Below are positions 17,305 through 27,466 of a stretch of DNA of 64,000 nucleotides, piece by piece (position 1 is the stretch's first letter; the number at the start of each line of letters is the position of its first letter). The translations under genes and the position numbers were made by a program. Source of the stretch: an uncultured archaeon (GTDB lineage Archaea > Thermoproteota > Bathyarchaeia > 40CM-2-53-6 > CALIRQ01). A model generated the notes under the pieces. The model was given only the letters and a program-made list of their open reading frames with translations, did not search any database and had not been told where the DNA came from. Where the stretch lies: contig CALIRQ010000006.1 of the NCBI GenBank assembly GCA_938042195.1, forward strand, positions 46,868 to 110,867, in the 5' to 3' direction.

Positions 17305-17916
17305 ATGGGGTCCGAGAGGCTTTATTCCCTACCGCCACTGCCATACGACTATAAGGATCTAACGCCCCACATGTCCGAGGAGCAACTCCGGGTACATCAT
17401 ATGAAGCATCATCAAGCCTATGTGAACGGGGCCAACGCCATCCTACAAAGGCTTGAGAAGGCTAGGAGGGAAGGGGCCGATTTGGATATGAAGGCCACGC
17501 TGAAGGAGCTGTCCTTCAATATAGGAGGGCACGTCCTGCACTCCCTATTCTGGGGAAACCTCGCACCGCCCCGAGGGGCCAAGGAGCCGGGCGGAGCCCT
17601 GGGGAAAGCCATAGCCGATGAATTTGGGAGCTTTGAGAGGTTCAAGAAGGAATTTTCCCAAGCCGCCATAAGCGTTGAGGGCTCAGGCTGGGCCGCCCTG
17701 TCCTGGTGCCGACAAACTGGCAGGCCGATTATAATGCAGATAGAAAAGCATAACGCGAACGTCTACCCGATGTTCCGAATATTGATGGTCTTGGACGTCT
17801 TCGAGCATGCCTACTATATGGATTATAAGAACGAAAGGGCGAAGTTCGTCGAGGCATTCTGGAACTTGGTCGATTGGGAGGCGGTGAACAAAAGGCTCGA
17901 AGAAGCTATGAGATAG
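17305..17916 (+). CDS. sod: Fe/Mn superoxide dismutase
   Basis: [28 protein letters not shown] metal-ligand motifs. Confidence 0.96.
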   Translation: MGSERLYSLPPLPYDYKDLTPHMSEEQLRVHHMKHHQAYVNGANAILQRLEKARREGADLDMKATLKELSFNIGGHVLHSLFWGNLAPPRGAKEPGGALGKAIADEFGSFERFKKEFSQAAISVEGSGWAALSWCRQTGRPIIMQIEKHNANVYPMFRILMVLDVFEHAYYMDYKNERAKFVEAFWNLVDWEAVNKRLEEAMR

Positions 17917-18501
17917 CTTCGCCGGGGCTTTTTCCCATTATCTTTTCCTTTTTATGCGCCTCATAGATTCTGCGACCTACTATATCGAGCCCTCAAATTC
18001 GATCTCGAAGCCCACCGGGATCGCATGGACCCGATCCCAACCGATGGCGGCCCATGATGCCCCCGGGCCTCTTTGGGCCCGAGCGGCTCCATGCGGCCTC
18101 ATCTTCGGCAAAGACCTGAACGCTGGGGCCAAGGGCCTAGTCGATAGGGGGATCCCAAGGGGTCAATCGCGGAGAAATCCCTTCCCATAGGGATCATCGG
18201 GGGCCGAGCCAAAGCAATCCCATCGGAGGGAATAAGTCCGCGAGATCGCCTATGCCCTTTACTAAGGTCGGATTGTTGAGGGGGGCCAAGCGGCCGTTAT
18301 GATCCGTGCTCCATTCGCCCCGGAGGCTGTTGATGGCGCGGACGTTTGGGCGGGCCATGCGGACCACATGATGAATCAATGCCGTGTATATCCACCATAT
18401 GCCCAATCGAAGGGAATGGAGCGACTCTAAAATCCAGATTGCTCAGGGCCTTCGCCCGGGGCCTCGCTTGAATCCCGAGGCGATCCTCGTCAAGGATGCG
18501 A

Positions 18502-18612
18502 TGGCGGGCCCGCGGGGATTCGAACCCCGGATCCTAGGCTCCCCCCGCATCGCTCCGAAGGCCTCCACGCCCGAGCGGCGCTATGTCCTGATCCAGGCTA
18601 GACGACGGGCCC
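18502..18612 (-). tRNA. tRNA-Arg(UCG) with two introns (29/30, 37/38)
   Basis: Removing 18580-18563 (18 nt) and 18554-18541 (14 nt) restores the anticodon arm UAGGC-CUUCGGA-GCCUA; acceptor GGGCCCG/CGGGCCC, G73, CCA. Confidence 0.88.
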
Positions 18613-18678
18613 GTTCCTATAGGCGATGGAAACCCCTTTATAGGTTGCTGATGGATCCACCATCCGCGGCGCCGGGCC

Positions 18679-19128
18679 TTGGCCCTCTCGGATTCGGAGA
18701 TATTGGAGGCGATCTCGAAGGGGTTGATGAGGATAGAGCCATTCCGAAGGGAGGCGCTGAACCCGGCCGGCTACGATCTATCGGCCGAGCGGGAGGTCGA
18801 GGTCCCCCCGGGCGCCTTCAGGCTCGTGTCCACCAAGGAACGCGTCGAGCTCGGCTTGGGCCATTTGGGCATCCTGCAGATAAGGTCCTCGCTCGCCAGG
18901 GAGGGCCTCATCGCCAGCACCGCCCTCATCGACCCTGGGTTCAAGGGCCAGCTGACCATAATGGTGTTCAACGCCTCCAAGGGGCCGATCAGGATAATGG
19001 AGGGGGAGGCATTCGTGCAAATGGCCCTCCTAAGGCTTGGCGGGACCGCCGGCAGGGGCTACTCGGGCGCTTATCAAGGGAGCATTGGGGTCGTCAGCAG
19101 CCGCAGGCCCAAGCCAAAGGAAACATGA
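18679..19128 (+). CDS. dcd: dCTP deaminase
   Basis: LSDSEI, PAGYDL, RSSLAREGL, IDPGFKGQLT. Confidence 0.88.
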   Translation: MALSDSEILEAISKGLMRIEPFRREALNPAGYDLSAEREVEVPPGAFRLVSTKERVELGLGHLGILQIRSSLAREGLIASTALIDPGFKGQLTIMVFNASKGPIRIMEGEAFVQMALLRLGGTAGRGYSGAYQGSIGVVSSRRPKPKET

Positions 19129-19178
19129 TGGGGATTAATGGATTGGCTTCCAATCAAGGGGGGCGCATCGATCGGGAT

Positions 19179-20120
19179 TCATATCCGAGCGGGGATCTTG
19201 ATGCCGACCTTGCCCATGAGTTGCACGATTTGAACCAATCGCTCCACTATTCCATCCGGTATGAAGCGCATTACGAGGATTAGGGAGGCCCCCAAGATTA
19301 TGAGGTATACGTATGGGAAAGAGACCCAAAGCACCTCCATTAACAAGGTGAATACGAAGCCCCCTATTATCGGGCCCATGACGGTCCCTATGCCCCCGAA
19401 GACGGCCGAAACGATCATCATGAGGGCCAAGGTGCTATCGAAGGCCGAATACGGATCGATGTATGTCACGAACCAAGCGAAGCAGCCCCCGGCCACTCCA
19501 GCGAAGAAGGCGCTTATCGCGAAGGCCAAGATCTTATATTTGGTGGAATTTATCCCATAGGTCTCCGCCGCCGTTTCGTCGTCCCTTATCGCGAAGAGGG
19601 CATATCCCATGGAGCTGCGCTTTATGGCATAAGCGATCGCCGTCACCGCCAATAAGGTCAAAAGTATCGCGTAATAGAATTCTCGGAGTGCGTAACGGGG
19701 CGGGAGTATGAGGCCGTTCCCACCGCCGGTCAGCCACTCTTCGTTAATGGCGATCACCTTGAGGATCTCCGCCATCACCAGCGAGGATATCGCGAAATAC
19801 GGCCCCTTTATCCTCAATAGGATTAGGCCCAGGAATACGGCCGCCAAGAAAGACGCGAGGCCGCCTAAGACCGATGCCAAGTAGGCATCGAATGAAAGCT
19901 TCGTCACCAATATCCCGACCGCATAAGCGCCTATTCCGAAGAACATATAATGGCCAAAGCTCCAGTAACCGCTATACCCCGATATGATGTTCCAAGACTG
20001 GGCGAGGGCCGTGTACATGAATATGATGGCCAACAGGTTTATGTAGTATCCCTTCTCCACGATCGGCGGAATTAGGAAAAGCGTTAAGGCCAAGGCGATG
20101 AGCATCAAAGAGCGCTTCAT
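19179..20120 (-). CDS. livM: Branched-chain amino acid-type ABC permease (LivM-like)
   Basis: WNIISGYSGYWSFGH, GPYFAISSL, AIRDDETAAETYGI, GGIGTVMGP. Confidence 0.9.
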   Translation of the reverse strand: MKRSLMLIALALTLFLIPPIVEKGYYINLLAIIFMYTALAQSWNIISGYSGYWSFGHYMFFGIGAYAVGILVTKLSFDAYLASVLGGLASFLAAVFLGLILLRIKGPYFAISSLVMAEILKVIAINEEWLTGGGNGLILPPRYALREFYYAILLTLLAVTAIAYAIKRSSMGYALFAIRDDETAAETYGINSTKYKILAFAISAFFAGVAGGCFAWFVTYIDPYSAFDSTLALMMIVSAVFGGIGTVMGPIIGGFVFTLLMEVLWVSFPYVYLIILGASLILVMRFIPDGIVERLVQIVQLMGKVGIKIPARI

Positions 20121-20166
20121 CGCGCCCTCCCTCCCAACCGCCAAGCCGAGCTTGGGCATTGAGCCT

Positions 20167-21039
20167 TCACTCCTCTCCCGCGATCCCAGTGGGCTTGATC
20201 GATAATACGATAAGCAATGTGAGGAAATAAAGCAGGGGCTGGTATCTGGCGCCTAAGAAGTAGGTCCCGGAGGCCTCGGCGAACCCTATCATCAAGCCGC
20301 CTATCAAAGCGCCCGCATACGATCCCAAGCCGCCGAGGATTACGATCGTTATGGCCTTTATCCCCAATACCGATCCCATTTCTGGGGTGACCGCGAATAT
20401 TGTGGATATCAAGGAGCCGGTTACGCCGGCCATTGCTGCGCCGCTTATGACCATGAACCTCGACATCACATTGGGGTTGATGCCCACAAGCATCGCATGC
20501 TTCCTGCTCTCGCTCACGGCGCGTGCGGCCCTGCCGATTTGGGTCCTCTTGAGCATTAAATAGAACAATATGGATAAGGCGATCGCCACCAAACCCCCAT
20601 AAAGGAAGGGCCTAGATATCGATATCGCACCGATGGTCGCCGGGGGAACCCCTAAGTTCACACCCCTCAGGACATCCGTCCACATATACCTCGTTATGTT
20701 TATCAGGAGTATGGCTAGGCCGTAGGTCACAACCAAAGTTATGGCCCTGAAATAGCGCATCCCGAAGAATGGCTTCATCAGAAGCTCGTGAGTGAAAGCT
20801 CCAATCGCGGCCAGCGCGATGGCCGAGAATACGGCCGATGCGTATGGGCTTATGCCGTATAGCTCGTAAAGCCAATAGGCCGCATAGGCGCCGAGCATTA
20901 CGAATGCCCCGTGGGCCCAATTGATGGCCTTCACTACGCCGTAGATCACATTCAGCCCCACGGCCATCAATACGTATATAGATCCCAAGAGGAGGGCTTG
21001 AACGATCAATTGGAGAATCGTATCCGCGGATGGTATCAA
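20167..21039 (-). CDS. livH: Branched-chain amino acid-type ABC permease (LivH-like)
   Basis: GLNVIYGVVKAINWAHG, GRAARAVSE, ILGGLGS. Confidence 0.9.
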   Translation of the reverse strand: MIPSADTILQLIVQALLLGSIYVLMAVGLNVIYGVVKAINWAHGAFVMLGAYAAYWLYELYGISPYASAVFSAIALAAIGAFTHELLMKPFFGMRYFRAITLVVTYGLAILLINITRYMWTDVLRGVNLGVPPATIGAISISRPFLYGGLVAIALSILFYLMLKRTQIGRAARAVSESRKHAMLVGINPNVMSRFMVISGAAMAGVTGSLISTIFAVTPEMGSVLGIKAITIVILGGLGSYAGALIGGLMIGFAEASGTYFLGARYQPLLYFLTLLIVLSIKPTGIAGEE

Positions 21040-21063
21040 TCGGCAGCACCAAAAAAGGGAGGG

Positions 21064-22335
21064 TTAGGAGGCCCATCCGGGCCATGGGTATATTATGTCC
21101 ACGGAGGAATACTTCCTCGGTATCGCCACCCTCATCTCTCCCTTCTGTATTTGAAGGCCGAAGTTGATCGCTCCCAAGTTTATCTGCTTAAGCTTCTCCC
21201 CCATTGGGTTCGTCCAGTCGCCGAAGGTCACCGGACCAACGATCGTTGGGACGTCCTTTAATTCCAAGAATGCTGCTCGCAGCTTCGCGGAGTCGAGCGA
21301 GCCGGCCTTCTCTATGGCCTTCTCTATGAATTGGCCGGCCGCGTAGGGGTAGGCGGACCAGTGGCGAGGCAGCTCGTTATATCTGGCCTTGAATTTTTCA
21401 ACGAACTCCTTAACCCCTGGGAACGGCAATTCCCAATGCCAGCTCATCTGGGTGAAGACGCCCTCGGCCTCCTTCCCGAATACCTCCACGAATTTGGGAT
21501 CATTCGGCCCATCGTCGAGGAATATAAGCTTCGGCGCGAACTTTATGTCCTTCATCTGCCTCATGATAACGAAAGCATCGGCTGGATAACATACGGCGTA
21601 GAATACCTCTGGGTCCGCAGCCTTGGCCCTCAGCAATATGGCCGAGAAATCGGTCACGCCCTTCGGGTATTCCTCGTAGAAGACGCTGGTGTATCCCGCC
21701 TTCTCCCACAGGGTCTTGGTAGCCCTGGCGACCGTGAGCGGGTAAAGCTCGTTCGAGGTCAGTAGCGCGAAGGTTTTTGGCTTCGGGCTCAAGCTATCCA
21801 ATAATTCGACCCTCGAGAGGCCGAACCTGGAGGCGACTGCTAACAAGGTGAAGACGTAGTCGTAGCCTTTGGCTGGGATCGTATCCGCGGCCGCCATCTG
21901 GGAGAGCATAACCACCTTGTATTTCTCAGCTATCGGAGCGGTGGCTAGCGTGATTCCGCTCCCATAGGGCCCCAATAGGATGTCCACCTTATCCTCCGTG
22001 ATGAGCCTCTCATAAAGCCTCGTGGCCGTGGCTGAATCGCTCCTATCGTCGTAATATATGAGCGAGACCTTCAATTTCTTCCCGTACTCGGCGACATAGA
22101 TCCCTCCCCTTTCGTTGACTTCCTCGACCCACATCGTGAGGCCCCATAGCTGCCTTTGGCCTGGGGCTGCGAAGCCCCCGGAGAGGCTTAAGGAGATTCC
22201 CACCTTGATCGATTCCTTGGCTGGGGGAGCTGGTTTCATATACATATAGGCCATTCCGCCTATTGCCGCTATCACTATGATGGCGATGATAATGGCTATG
22301 TAAGTCGTTTTCACCACTCCCTTCTTATAAGACAT
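21064..22335 (-). CDS. ABC substrate-binding protein (LivK/LivJ-type), N-terminal membrane anchor
   Basis: IKVGISLSLSGGFA, YYDDRSD, LLGPYGSG; hydrophobic N-terminus. Confidence 0.88.
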   Translation of the reverse strand: MSYKKGVVKTTYIAIIIAIIVIAAIGGMAYMYMKPAPPAKESIKVGISLSLSGGFAAPGQRQLWGLTMWVEEVNERGGIYVAEYGKKLKVSLIYYDDRSDSATATRLYERLITEDKVDILLGPYGSGITLATAPIAEKYKVVMLSQMAAADTIPAKGYDYVFTLLAVASRFGLSRVELLDSLSPKPKTFALLTSNELYPLTVARATKTLWEKAGYTSVFYEEYPKGVTDFSAILLRAKAADPEVFYAVCYPADAFVIMRQMKDIKFAPKLIFLDDGPNDPKFVEVFGKEAEGVFTQMSWHWELPFPGVKEFVEKFKARYNELPRHWSAYPYAAGQFIEKAIEKAGSLDSAKLRAAFLELKDVPTIVGPVTFGDWTNPMGEKLKQINLGAINFGLQIQKGEMRVAIPRKYSSVDIIYPWPGWAS

Positions 22336-22372
22336 GATCTCCTCCCTCTCATTTTCAAGTGACCAATAAGCC

Positions 22373-23077
22373 TTATATTCCCAAATAAAGCTTTCGGAGG
22401 CGGGGATCTTGGAGGAGCTCTTCCCCCCTCCCCTGCATCGCTACTCGGCCCGTTTCCAAAAGATAGGCCCTATCGGCCAACTCCAGCGCCCTATGGGCGT
22501 TCTGCTCTATTAGAAGTATGGTGATGCCCTCCTCCTTCAAACGCCTTAATATGGAAAATATCTGTAAAACGATCTTCGGCGCCAAGCCCAAGGAGGGCTC
22601 ATCGAGCATTAAGAGCTTTGGGCGCGCCATCAAGCCCCTCCCTATGGCCAGCATCTGCTGCTCGCCGCCGCTCAAAGTCCCAGCCTTCTGATGCATTCTC
22701 TCCCGAAGAATGGGGAAGAGATTGAAGACCTCCTCGATCGTCTCATCCTTTCTCTCCTTGGCCCTCCTCGTATATGCGCTAAGCTCCAGATTCTCCAAGA
22801 CGGTTAGCCTGGAGAAGTTCCCCCTCCCCTCCGGGACGAGGACCAAGCCCTCCTCGACCACCTTGTAAGGCGGGATGCCATCGATCCTCTTCCCCATGAA
22901 CCTTATTTCGCCTCTTTTGGGAGGCAGTAAGCCCGCTATAGTGCTTAGCAAGGTCGTTTTCCCGGCGCCATTTGAGCCGATAACGGTAACGAGCTCTTTG
23001 TCCCTCACTTGAAGGGATACGCCCGATAATACTTGAAAATGCCCATAGGAAACGTCGACTTCACTGACTTGGAGCAT
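22373..23077 (-). CDS. livF: ABC ATPase (LivF-like)
   Basis: GSNGAGKTT, LSGGEQQMLAIGR, LLDEPSLGLAP. Confidence 0.92.
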   Translation of the reverse strand: MLQVSEVDVSYGHFQVLSGVSLQVRDKELVTVIGSNGAGKTTLLSTIAGLLPPKRGEIRFMGKRIDGIPPYKVVEEGLVLVPEGRGNFSRLTVLENLELSAYTRRAKERKDETIEEVFNLFPILRERMHQKAGTLSGGEQQMLAIGRGLMARPKLLMLDEPSLGLAPKIVLQIFSILRRLKEEGITILLIEQNAHRALELADRAYLLETGRVAMQGRGEELLQDPRLRKLYLGI

Positions 23078-23816
23078 AGATCCTCTCACCCAAATATGCT
23101 TCTATGACCTTCTCGTCGTTCGCGATCTCCCTAGGCTCCCCTTCGGCTATCTTAGCGCCATGGCTCAGGACGACTATCCTCTCCGCCAATTTCATTATGG
23201 CCCTCATGACGTGCTCTATTATCAAAACCGTCTTGCCCGAATCGCGGATCTTCCTGATCAATTCCACGGCCTCGTCGATCTCGACTGGGTTTAGGCCGCC
23301 GAGCGGTTCGTCCGCCAACAAGATCTCCGGATCCGTTGCCAAGGCCCTAGCCAACTCCAGCTTCTTGCTTTCCATAAGCGTCAATTTCCCGGCTAGCTCC
23401 TCCCGCCTCAATTTGGGGAAATCCACGAAGTCCAAGAGCTCCGCGGCTTTCCTCCGCATTTCGCCCAAGTCTGCTTTGCGGCCCTTCCCGAAGATCGCCC
23501 CAACGACCACGTTATCCAGCGCCGTCATGGCGCTGAAGAGTCTAGGTATTTGATAAGTCCGGCCGATCCCCATTCTGCAGATCTTATAGGGCTTTAGGCC
23601 GGTTATCTCGCCGCCATTTAATAAGACCCTTCCCCCATCTGGCCGATATATGCCCGTGATGACGTTTATCAGCGTCGTCTTCCCGGATCCATTTGGGCCT
23701 ATCAGTCCCAAGAGCTCGCCCTTATTTAAGGCAAAGCTTACATCCTTTAGAGCCACAAGCCCCCCGAACCTCTTTGTGACGTTCTCAATCCTGAGATGGA
23801 CTTCTCCCAACGCCAA
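23061..23816 (-). CDS. livG: ABC ATPase (LivG-like)
   Basis: GPNGSGKTT, RTYQIPR, LADEPLGGL, IEHVMRAIM. Confidence 0.92.
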   Translation of the reverse strand: MALGEVHLRIENVTKRFGGLVALKDVSFALNKGELLGLIGPNGSGKTTLINVITGIYRPDGGRVLLNGGEITGLKPYKICRMGIGRTYQIPRLFSAMTALDNVVVGAIFGKGRKADLGEMRRKAAELLDFVDFPKLRREELAGKLTLMESKKLELARALATDPEILLADEPLGGLNPVEIDEAVELIRKIRDSGKTVLIIEHVMRAIMKLAERIVVLSHGAKIAEGEPREIANDEKVIEAYLGERIYAPSQ

Positions 23817-23855
23817 GACCGATCCAAATTCCCCTCAGAAGTGGTCGCTTCCTCG

Positions 23856-24773
23856 TTATTTCGGTATGGCCATATCGGGCGCTGGGGAGATCGTCTGCTT
23901 GGCTTCCGGGAAGTACCTTTTCATCATATTGGCCACGAGCCAAGCCTGATGCGCCATCTTAACGCCTTCCTTTTCCCCAGGCAGGGTCCCATGCGCGGGG
24001 ACGACGGAGTTCCCGCATTTCAGATGGATCGGGGCCCCTATCCTCACCAGCTCCGGTGCTTCGTAGGTCCTTATGAATCCGCCGGATGCGGCCGGGTTGT
24101 CCGTATGGACGTCGATCGGGATCTTTATAGCAGCCCTAATGGCCGCTATCATTGGTAACTCCAAGTCCCTCACGGGGTTAAATGAATCGGCCCCCAAGGA
24201 TTCGAAGAGCTTCGCCGAAGCCGCGTTGCCATGGCCCAAGTGGGCCGATACCTTAAATTTCACCTCCTTGGGCAATTCGCCATCCCCCCTCATCCTGTTC
24301 AGGACCCAGAGCAGGCCTTCATCGTAAACCAAGAATCCCCTGCAACCCAAATCCAAGCCCCGCTTGATGTCTTCGATAGCGCGGACCACTTGCTCGATGC
24401 CTCTGAGCCTATACCCGACGTAAGCGCCCATTGGGGTCTTGGCCGTGGCGCTTGTATCATAGGTCGCCCTAGGGCCATGCGACAAATTCAATTCCACCTT
24501 GTACTCCTTCGCCAGCTCTATCATCTTAATTAGCTCGCCATCCGTATGCCTCATTATCCCGTAGGTTTCATCGATCCTATTGATTGTTATGCCCATGTCC
24601 TTCGCCGTTTCCAATATGGCCCTCATGCATTCGAAGGTGTTCACCGTGGGCACCTCGATCCTGAACTGTGCGCCATCGGGGAACCTCAGCTTTGATGTGG
24701 GCAACTCATAGAAGTCATGATCCGGGAGCTCAATCTTTCTTAAGTAAGCCCTGGTCTTTTCGCCAACTATCAT
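23856..24773 (-). CDS. Uncharacterised TIM-barrel protein resembling the 'U32 peptidase-like' family
   Basis: RFPDGAQFRIEVP, GPRATYDTSA, GCRGFLVYDEGLLW, KVSAHLGHGN, PIDVH. Family recalled from motif resemblance; function unknown. Confidence 0.6.
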   Translation of the reverse strand: MIVGEKTRAYLRKIELPDHDFYELPTSKLRFPDGAQFRIEVPTVNTFECMRAILETAKDMGITINRIDETYGIMRHTDGELIKMIELAKEYKVELNLSHGPRATYDTSATAKTPMGAYVGYRLRGIEQVVRAIEDIKRGLDLGCRGFLVYDEGLLWVLNRMRGDGELPKEVKFKVSAHLGHGNAASAKLFESLGADSFNPVRDLELPMIAAIRAAIKIPIDVHTDNPAASGGFIRTYEAPELVRIGAPIHLKCGNSVVPAHGTLPGEKEGVKMAHQAWLVANMMKRYFPEAKQTISPAPDMAIPK

Positions 24774-25036
24774 TCCAACGCTCCCTTTCCGTTTAATCCC
24801 TTTTTCCTCTATTTAATTCTTTCCATGGTTATCCAAGCAGTAGGGTGGAGCCCTTTTATTCGATAAGGCGCGGGAAGATGATGGAAGGTCCCATGGAACC
24901 CCATTTTGAGGATGGGATTTCGTTTTTATGATAAATAGTTGCGAATCTAGCACATAAAATTATTCCCTTCCCTCCTCAAGGGGGTTGCAAACTCAGCTTC
25001 AATATTCAAAAAGAAATGATTTAGGGCGCCAATCCC

Positions 25037-25810
25037 CTATGCGAGGATCGAAAGTATAGTCCTAACCTCTTGGATCGTCAATTGCCCCGGAGCGGAGGGT
25101 TGTCCGGGAAGGGAGGCATATACAAGGTCTGAGCCAAGGAGGAGACCCACCACCCTGGAGTAAGCCCCCAGGGAGCCCATGGAGGCCGAAATTATCGGGC
25201 GCTTAACCTTACCCCTAGATTCCAAGAGCGCTTGAAGTTGCGTTAGAACGTCCCCGTGAGTCCTTGGCATCGTAACGAATTTGATTACATCGGCGCGGGC
25301 TTTTTCCTCATCTTCAACGATCTTTAACAACTCCTCCTTGGGAGGCGTGTATTCAAAGTTATGGTAGGAAATTATTACATAGACTCCATGTCCTTTTGCG
25401 GAGTCGATCACCCAATCTCTGGCCTCGGGTTTCACGCTCAATTCCACATCGATTAGGCTAACGCCTTCGATTGACGTAGCCTCGGCGAGCATCCTAATGC
25501 GATCCTCTTCGTCTTGCTCCTTGAAACCCCCCTCATATTTCGGCCTATTGGTGATTATTATCGGGACTTCTTTCATGACCCCGGCCTCATGGATCAGATC
25601 CCGGATCTCGCCTTCGTCAAAGGCGTTTAGGGAGTCGATCCTAAATTCTAACATGTCTACCCCTTCGCTCAGCGCTTTTATAGCGTTAGCCCTCATCCGA
25701 TCCACCGTGTGGCCCAAAATCGGAGCGCATATCACGGGCCTCTCTCCTCCCAAGATCACGCCTTTGATCCTTATTGGCTCCGGAGCCGTCAGCCTAATTC
25801 TCTCGAGCAA
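25037..25810 (-). CDS. aroD: Type I 3-dehydroquinate dehydratase
   Basis: DMLEFRID, IIITNRPKYEGG, IISYHNF, VIKFVTMP (Schiff-base Lys), SMGSLGAYSR, SAPGQ. Confidence 0.92.
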   Translation of the reverse strand: MLERIRLTAPEPIRIKGVILGGERPVICAPILGHTVDRMRANAIKALSEGVDMLEFRIDSLNAFDEGEIRDLIHEAGVMKEVPIIITNRPKYEGGFKEQDEEDRIRMLAEATSIEGVSLIDVELSVKPEARDWVIDSAKGHGVYVIISYHNFEYTPPKEELLKIVEDEEKARADVIKFVTMPRTHGDVLTQLQALLESRGKVKRPIISASMGSLGAYSRVVGLLLGSDLVYASLPGQPSAPGQLTIQEVRTILSILA

Positions 25811-25902
25811 ATTGAGCGCCTCGCATTAATGGCTTTTCTAGGCAGGAAATATATTAATATTAAGTCGCTCCCATCCCATGAAGAGATTCAACCCTTTGGG
25901 CG

Positions 25903-26916
25903 GTGATGATGAGAGCCGCGATCTTGGTTGAACCGGGGATAATTGAGTTTAAGGAGGTTGAAACGCCTCAAATCAATGCCAATGAAGTCCTGATAAGGAT
26001 AAGGGCGGCTTCGATATGCGGCACCGATGTCCACATATTCGAGGGTCGATGGAAAGTATTCACCCCAAGGATCATGGGGCATGAGGGCTCCGGGGAAGTC
26101 GTCGATTTGGGGGAGGGCGTTACAAAAGTTGATGTAGGCGATAGGGTGGTTGTGGCCCCGCTGATCCATTGCGGGAGCTGCCGCATGTGCAGGGTTGGGC
26201 GCTATAATATTTGCGAGAGAAGGAAGTTCGTTGGAATAGAGGCAGACGGCGTATTCGCCGAATACATAAAGGTCGATCAAACCAATGTGGAGCCCCTCCC
26301 CTACGAGTTGAGTTTTGAGGAAGGGGCCCTAGTGGAGCCCTTCTCCGTAGCGGTTCACGCCGTGAGGCGTGGGGGAATACCCATGAATGGCACGGTCGCA
26401 ATCTTGGGGGCCGGGCCAATAGGGCTTTGCGCCATTCGAGCGGCCAAGGCGGCCGGCGCCGGGGAGGTTTTATCGATCGACCCTCTCGAGGATAGGCTCC
26501 TCCTCGCGAGCGAGCTTGGGGCGGAGGTGGTCATCAATCCCAAGAGGGCGGACGTTCGCGATCTCGTCCTGAAGCATACCGGCGGAAGGGGGGCCGATGT
26601 GATAATAGAGGCGTCTGGCTCGCCGGAGGCCTATAAGGGCATCGCGGATCTCGCGGGCAGGGGCGGTAAAATAATTCAAATCGGGCTCCCGCTCGCTCAG
26701 GTATGCTTCGACATGCTCCCCTTCAGCAGGAAGGAGTTGGAACTCATAGGGTGTAATGGTCACATGATGGATTTGGAGGGGGCCCTAGACCTAATGAGAA
26801 AGGAGGGGGGCCTCCTTTCGAAGATGATCACCCACCGCCTCCCCCTCCGAGATGTGGTAAAGGGAATGGAGATGGTGATGGAGGGGAGGGGCATAAAAAT
26901 CATGTTGTTGCCTTGA
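25903..26916 (+). CDS. Zinc-dependent alcohol/polyol dehydrogenase (MDR family)
   Basis: ICGTD, GHEGSG, CGSCRMC..C, EPFSVAVHA, GAGPIG. Confidence 0.92.
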   Translation: MMMRAAILVEPGIIEFKEVETPQINANEVLIRIRAASICGTDVHIFEGRWKVFTPRIMGHEGSGEVVDLGEGVTKVDVGDRVVVAPLIHCGSCRMCRVGRYNICERRKFVGIEADGVFAEYIKVDQTNVEPLPYELSFEEGALVEPFSVAVHAVRRGGIPMNGTVAILGAGPIGLCAIRAAKAAGAGEVLSIDPLEDRLLLASELGAEVVINPKRADVRDLVLKHTGGRGADVIIEASGSPEAYKGIADLAGRGGKIIQIGLPLAQVCFDMLPFSRKELELIGCNGHMMDLEGALDLMRKEGGLLSKMITHRLPLRDVVKGMEMVMEGRGIKIMLLP

Positions 26917-27466
26917 ACAACTCCCATATGTAAAAGTCCTCGAGAGCAAGCATTGCATCTCCCGCATTCCATTTAAAATTTCTCATTAATTTTTAAAGGC
27001 ATTATATATAAATAGAAAAGGTCGCCGCCGATGGATATTAACAAACCTATATTAAACCCAAGGGATGGACCAAGGATTTAATCCATCACGATATTAAGGC
27101 TGCCTGCGAATAGCCCGGTCCATTATGCGTACCCCCTGAACTAGGAAATGCTTGAATGTGCCGACGCAACGGCCTTCCCCCATTACGTTAAGGGCATATC
27201 AACCAACCCATCAACTTATCTTTTCCACCCTTCACACGATAGTAGCAAAATACGCTTCCCAGGAAAAAGGTTTGACCTTTGAGGGCGCTCTGGGAGGCGA
27301 TAAGCATTCAGTCGAAATCCAGCAACCGTTTTCATGCCAGCCGGTTTGAAGAATATCCTTCGAATGCTGAAAGGATCTGGGGATTGAAGTCTCATAATGC
27401 GCAGAGCAAGATGTGGATGCTCATTAATTTTGATAACGATCCCTTGCCCACTTCTCTCCAAATCAG

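Noticed and set aside
18366-18450. Box C/D sRNA suggested by AUGAUGA at about 18369
   Set aside because: No CUGA D box at suitable spacing on the same strand.
18384-19283. 299-aa plus-strand ORF
   Set aside because: Overlaps tRNA-Arg(UCG) and dcd in another frame, has low-complexity R/G/P composition and no motifs: a shadow ORF.
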